Shown one piece after another: positions 37,650 through 38,732 of a stretch of 38,732 bases of DNA; positions within the stretch are counted from its first letter, which is position 1; every line of letters begins with the position of its first letter. The stretch is from Gemmatimonadales bacterium (GTDB lineage Bacteria; Gemmatimonadota; Gemmatimonadetes; Gemmatimonadales; GWC2-71-9): assembly GCA_039794085.1 (NCBI GenBank), contig JBDIWC010000039.1, positions 1-38,732 on the forward strand, read 5' to 3'. The notes under the pieces were generated by a model. The model was not told the DNA's origin. It saw nothing but the letters and a program-made list of their open reading frames with translations, and searched no databases. A program made the translations under genes and the position numbers.

Positions 37650-38401
37650 CCGGGCCCGGGGGATCGGACCGGGACTGGCCTCGGCATCGGGTTCCCGCGG
37701 TGACGGTGGCCCAGATGCGGGAGGTGGACCGGGCGATGGTCGAGGATTTCGGCATCGACCTGGTCCGGATGATGGAGCTGGCGGGCCGTCACCTCGCCGA
37801 GGTTGCGCGGTGGCATCTTCCGGGACGAGACGCTGCCGGGCGGTCGGTGGTGGTCCTTGCCGGTGCGGGCGGGAATGGAGGTGGTGCCCTGGTGGCGGCA
37901 CGCCGCCTGGCTGGATGGGGGGCCCGGGTGACGGTGCTCCTCTCCGGGCCCGCCACTCGGGTGACCGGTGTCCCTGCGGAACAACTCGCCCTCCTGGAAC
38001 AACTCCCGGTAGCGCTCCTTGACCACGATCCGGAGGAGGATGAGGCCGCCGACCTGGTTCTGGACGGCCTCATCGGGTATGGTCGCACCGGCCCTCCCCG
38101 GGGCCGGACCGCCGATCTCATCGGATGGGCCAACGGCCAGGACGCTCCGATTGTTTCCCTGGACGTGCCCTCGGGTCTTGACCCCGACACCGGGTCCCCC
38201 GATCCCCCGACGATCCTGGCCGAGGCCACGGTGACACTGGCTCTCCCCAAGACGGGGCTGCTGGCTCCCGAGGCGAGGCTCTTTGTGGGTGACCTCTACC
38301 TCGCGGACATCGGGGTTCCCCCGGATCTCTACGAACGCGAGATGCTGGCGCTCGATGTGGGGCCGGTGTTTTCCCGCCACGACATCGTGCGGCTGGTGTA
38401 G
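37646..38401 (+). CDS. nnrE: NAD(P)H-hydrate epimerase (stand-alone YjeF_N)
   Basis: 'QMREVD', 'MMELAG', 'GAGGNGGGALVAARRL', 'DGLIGYG', 'SLDVPSG', 'LYLADIGVP'. Confidence 0.9.
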   Translation: MTGPGGSDRDWPRHRVPAVTVAQMREVDRAMVEDFGIDLVRMMELAGRHLAEVARWHLPGRDAAGRSVVVLAGAGGNGGGALVAARRLAGWGARVTVLLSGPATRVTGVPAEQLALLEQLPVALLDHDPEEDEAADLVLDGLIGYGRTGPPRGRTADLIGWANGQDAPIVSLDVPSGLDPDTGSPDPPTILAEATVTLALPKTGLLAPEARLFVGDLYLADIGVPPDLYEREMLALDVGPVFSRHDIVRLV

Positions 38402-38417
38402 GGGCGAGGGACAGCAG

Positions 38418-38520
38418 TAGGACATAGGACATAGGACATAGGACATAGGACGTGCCCTGATGCCCTTTGCTCTCCCATCTACCGCTTACCACCTACTCCC
38501 TACTCCCTACTCCTCCCTAC
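38418..38520. repeat. Heptamer arrays (TAGGACA)4 and (CTACTCC)n
   Basis: TAGGACA is the reverse complement of the TGTCCTA unit at 28795. Confidence 0.85.
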
Positions 38521-38692
38521 TACCATGAGAAGGTCTTTCGTCAAGGGGCACCTTGGTGCCCTTTCGCTCCCTCTCTGCCAAGGGTGGGGACAGACTCCCT
38601 CCTCCCTACCATGAGAAGGTCTTTCGTCAAGGGGCACCTTGGTGCCCTTTCGCTCCCTCTCTGCCAAGGGTGGGGACAGACTCCCTCCTCCC
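38521..38692. repeat. Perfect 86-bp tandem duplication
   Basis: 38521-38606 is identical to 38607-38692; each unit contains the hairpin GGGCACC-TT-GGTGCCC. Confidence 0.9.
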
Positions 38693-38732
38693 TGGACGGT
38701 GCCCAGGTCCTCGGATGCTTCTCCTGTCCCCG

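Noticed and set aside
38521..38692. Possible CRISPR array (hairpin-containing repeat)
   Set aside because: Two identical 86-bp units with no unique spacer and no cas genes

Overview
GC-rich bacterial chromosomal window; gene style suggests Gemmatimonadota, but that is inference only. Left to right: (i) a ~12 kb envelope-lipid locus: divergent Wzx/MOP flippase, then MlaC-DUF3047 fusion, TolC, MlaC/HpnM-like, MMPL/HpnN-like RND, CDP-alcohol phosphatidyltransferase, YdjM-like hydrolase, GMC and Gfo/Idh/MocA oxidoreductases; (ii) a cspA-rpsU pair; (iii) a DNA-damage neighbourhood (tag, a catalytically degenerate Y-family polymerase, an SplB-like radical SAM protein and a stand-alone Zn-ribbon ORF) in which two promoters share a 21-bp direct-repeat motif, a candidate new SOS box; (iv) glutaminyl cyclase, prolyl oligopeptidase and M28 peptidase; (v) a vapBC-like TA pair embedded in repeats; (vi) nadA-nadB; (vii) a TPR Ser/Thr kinase preceded by an amber-interrupted lipoprotein gene; (viii) an accessory block with a frameshifted Gly/Cys-rich mini-lipoprotein, an Asp-box protein, an AraC-like HTH protein and an orphan FtsX/MacB permease; (ix) yceI and nnrE. 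Many intergenic spacers are mosaics of 6-, 7- and 9-nt tandem repeats and GTAG-type REP palindromes. No rRNA, tRNA, CRISPR array or transposase was found. All calls come from manual motif reading; no searches were run.
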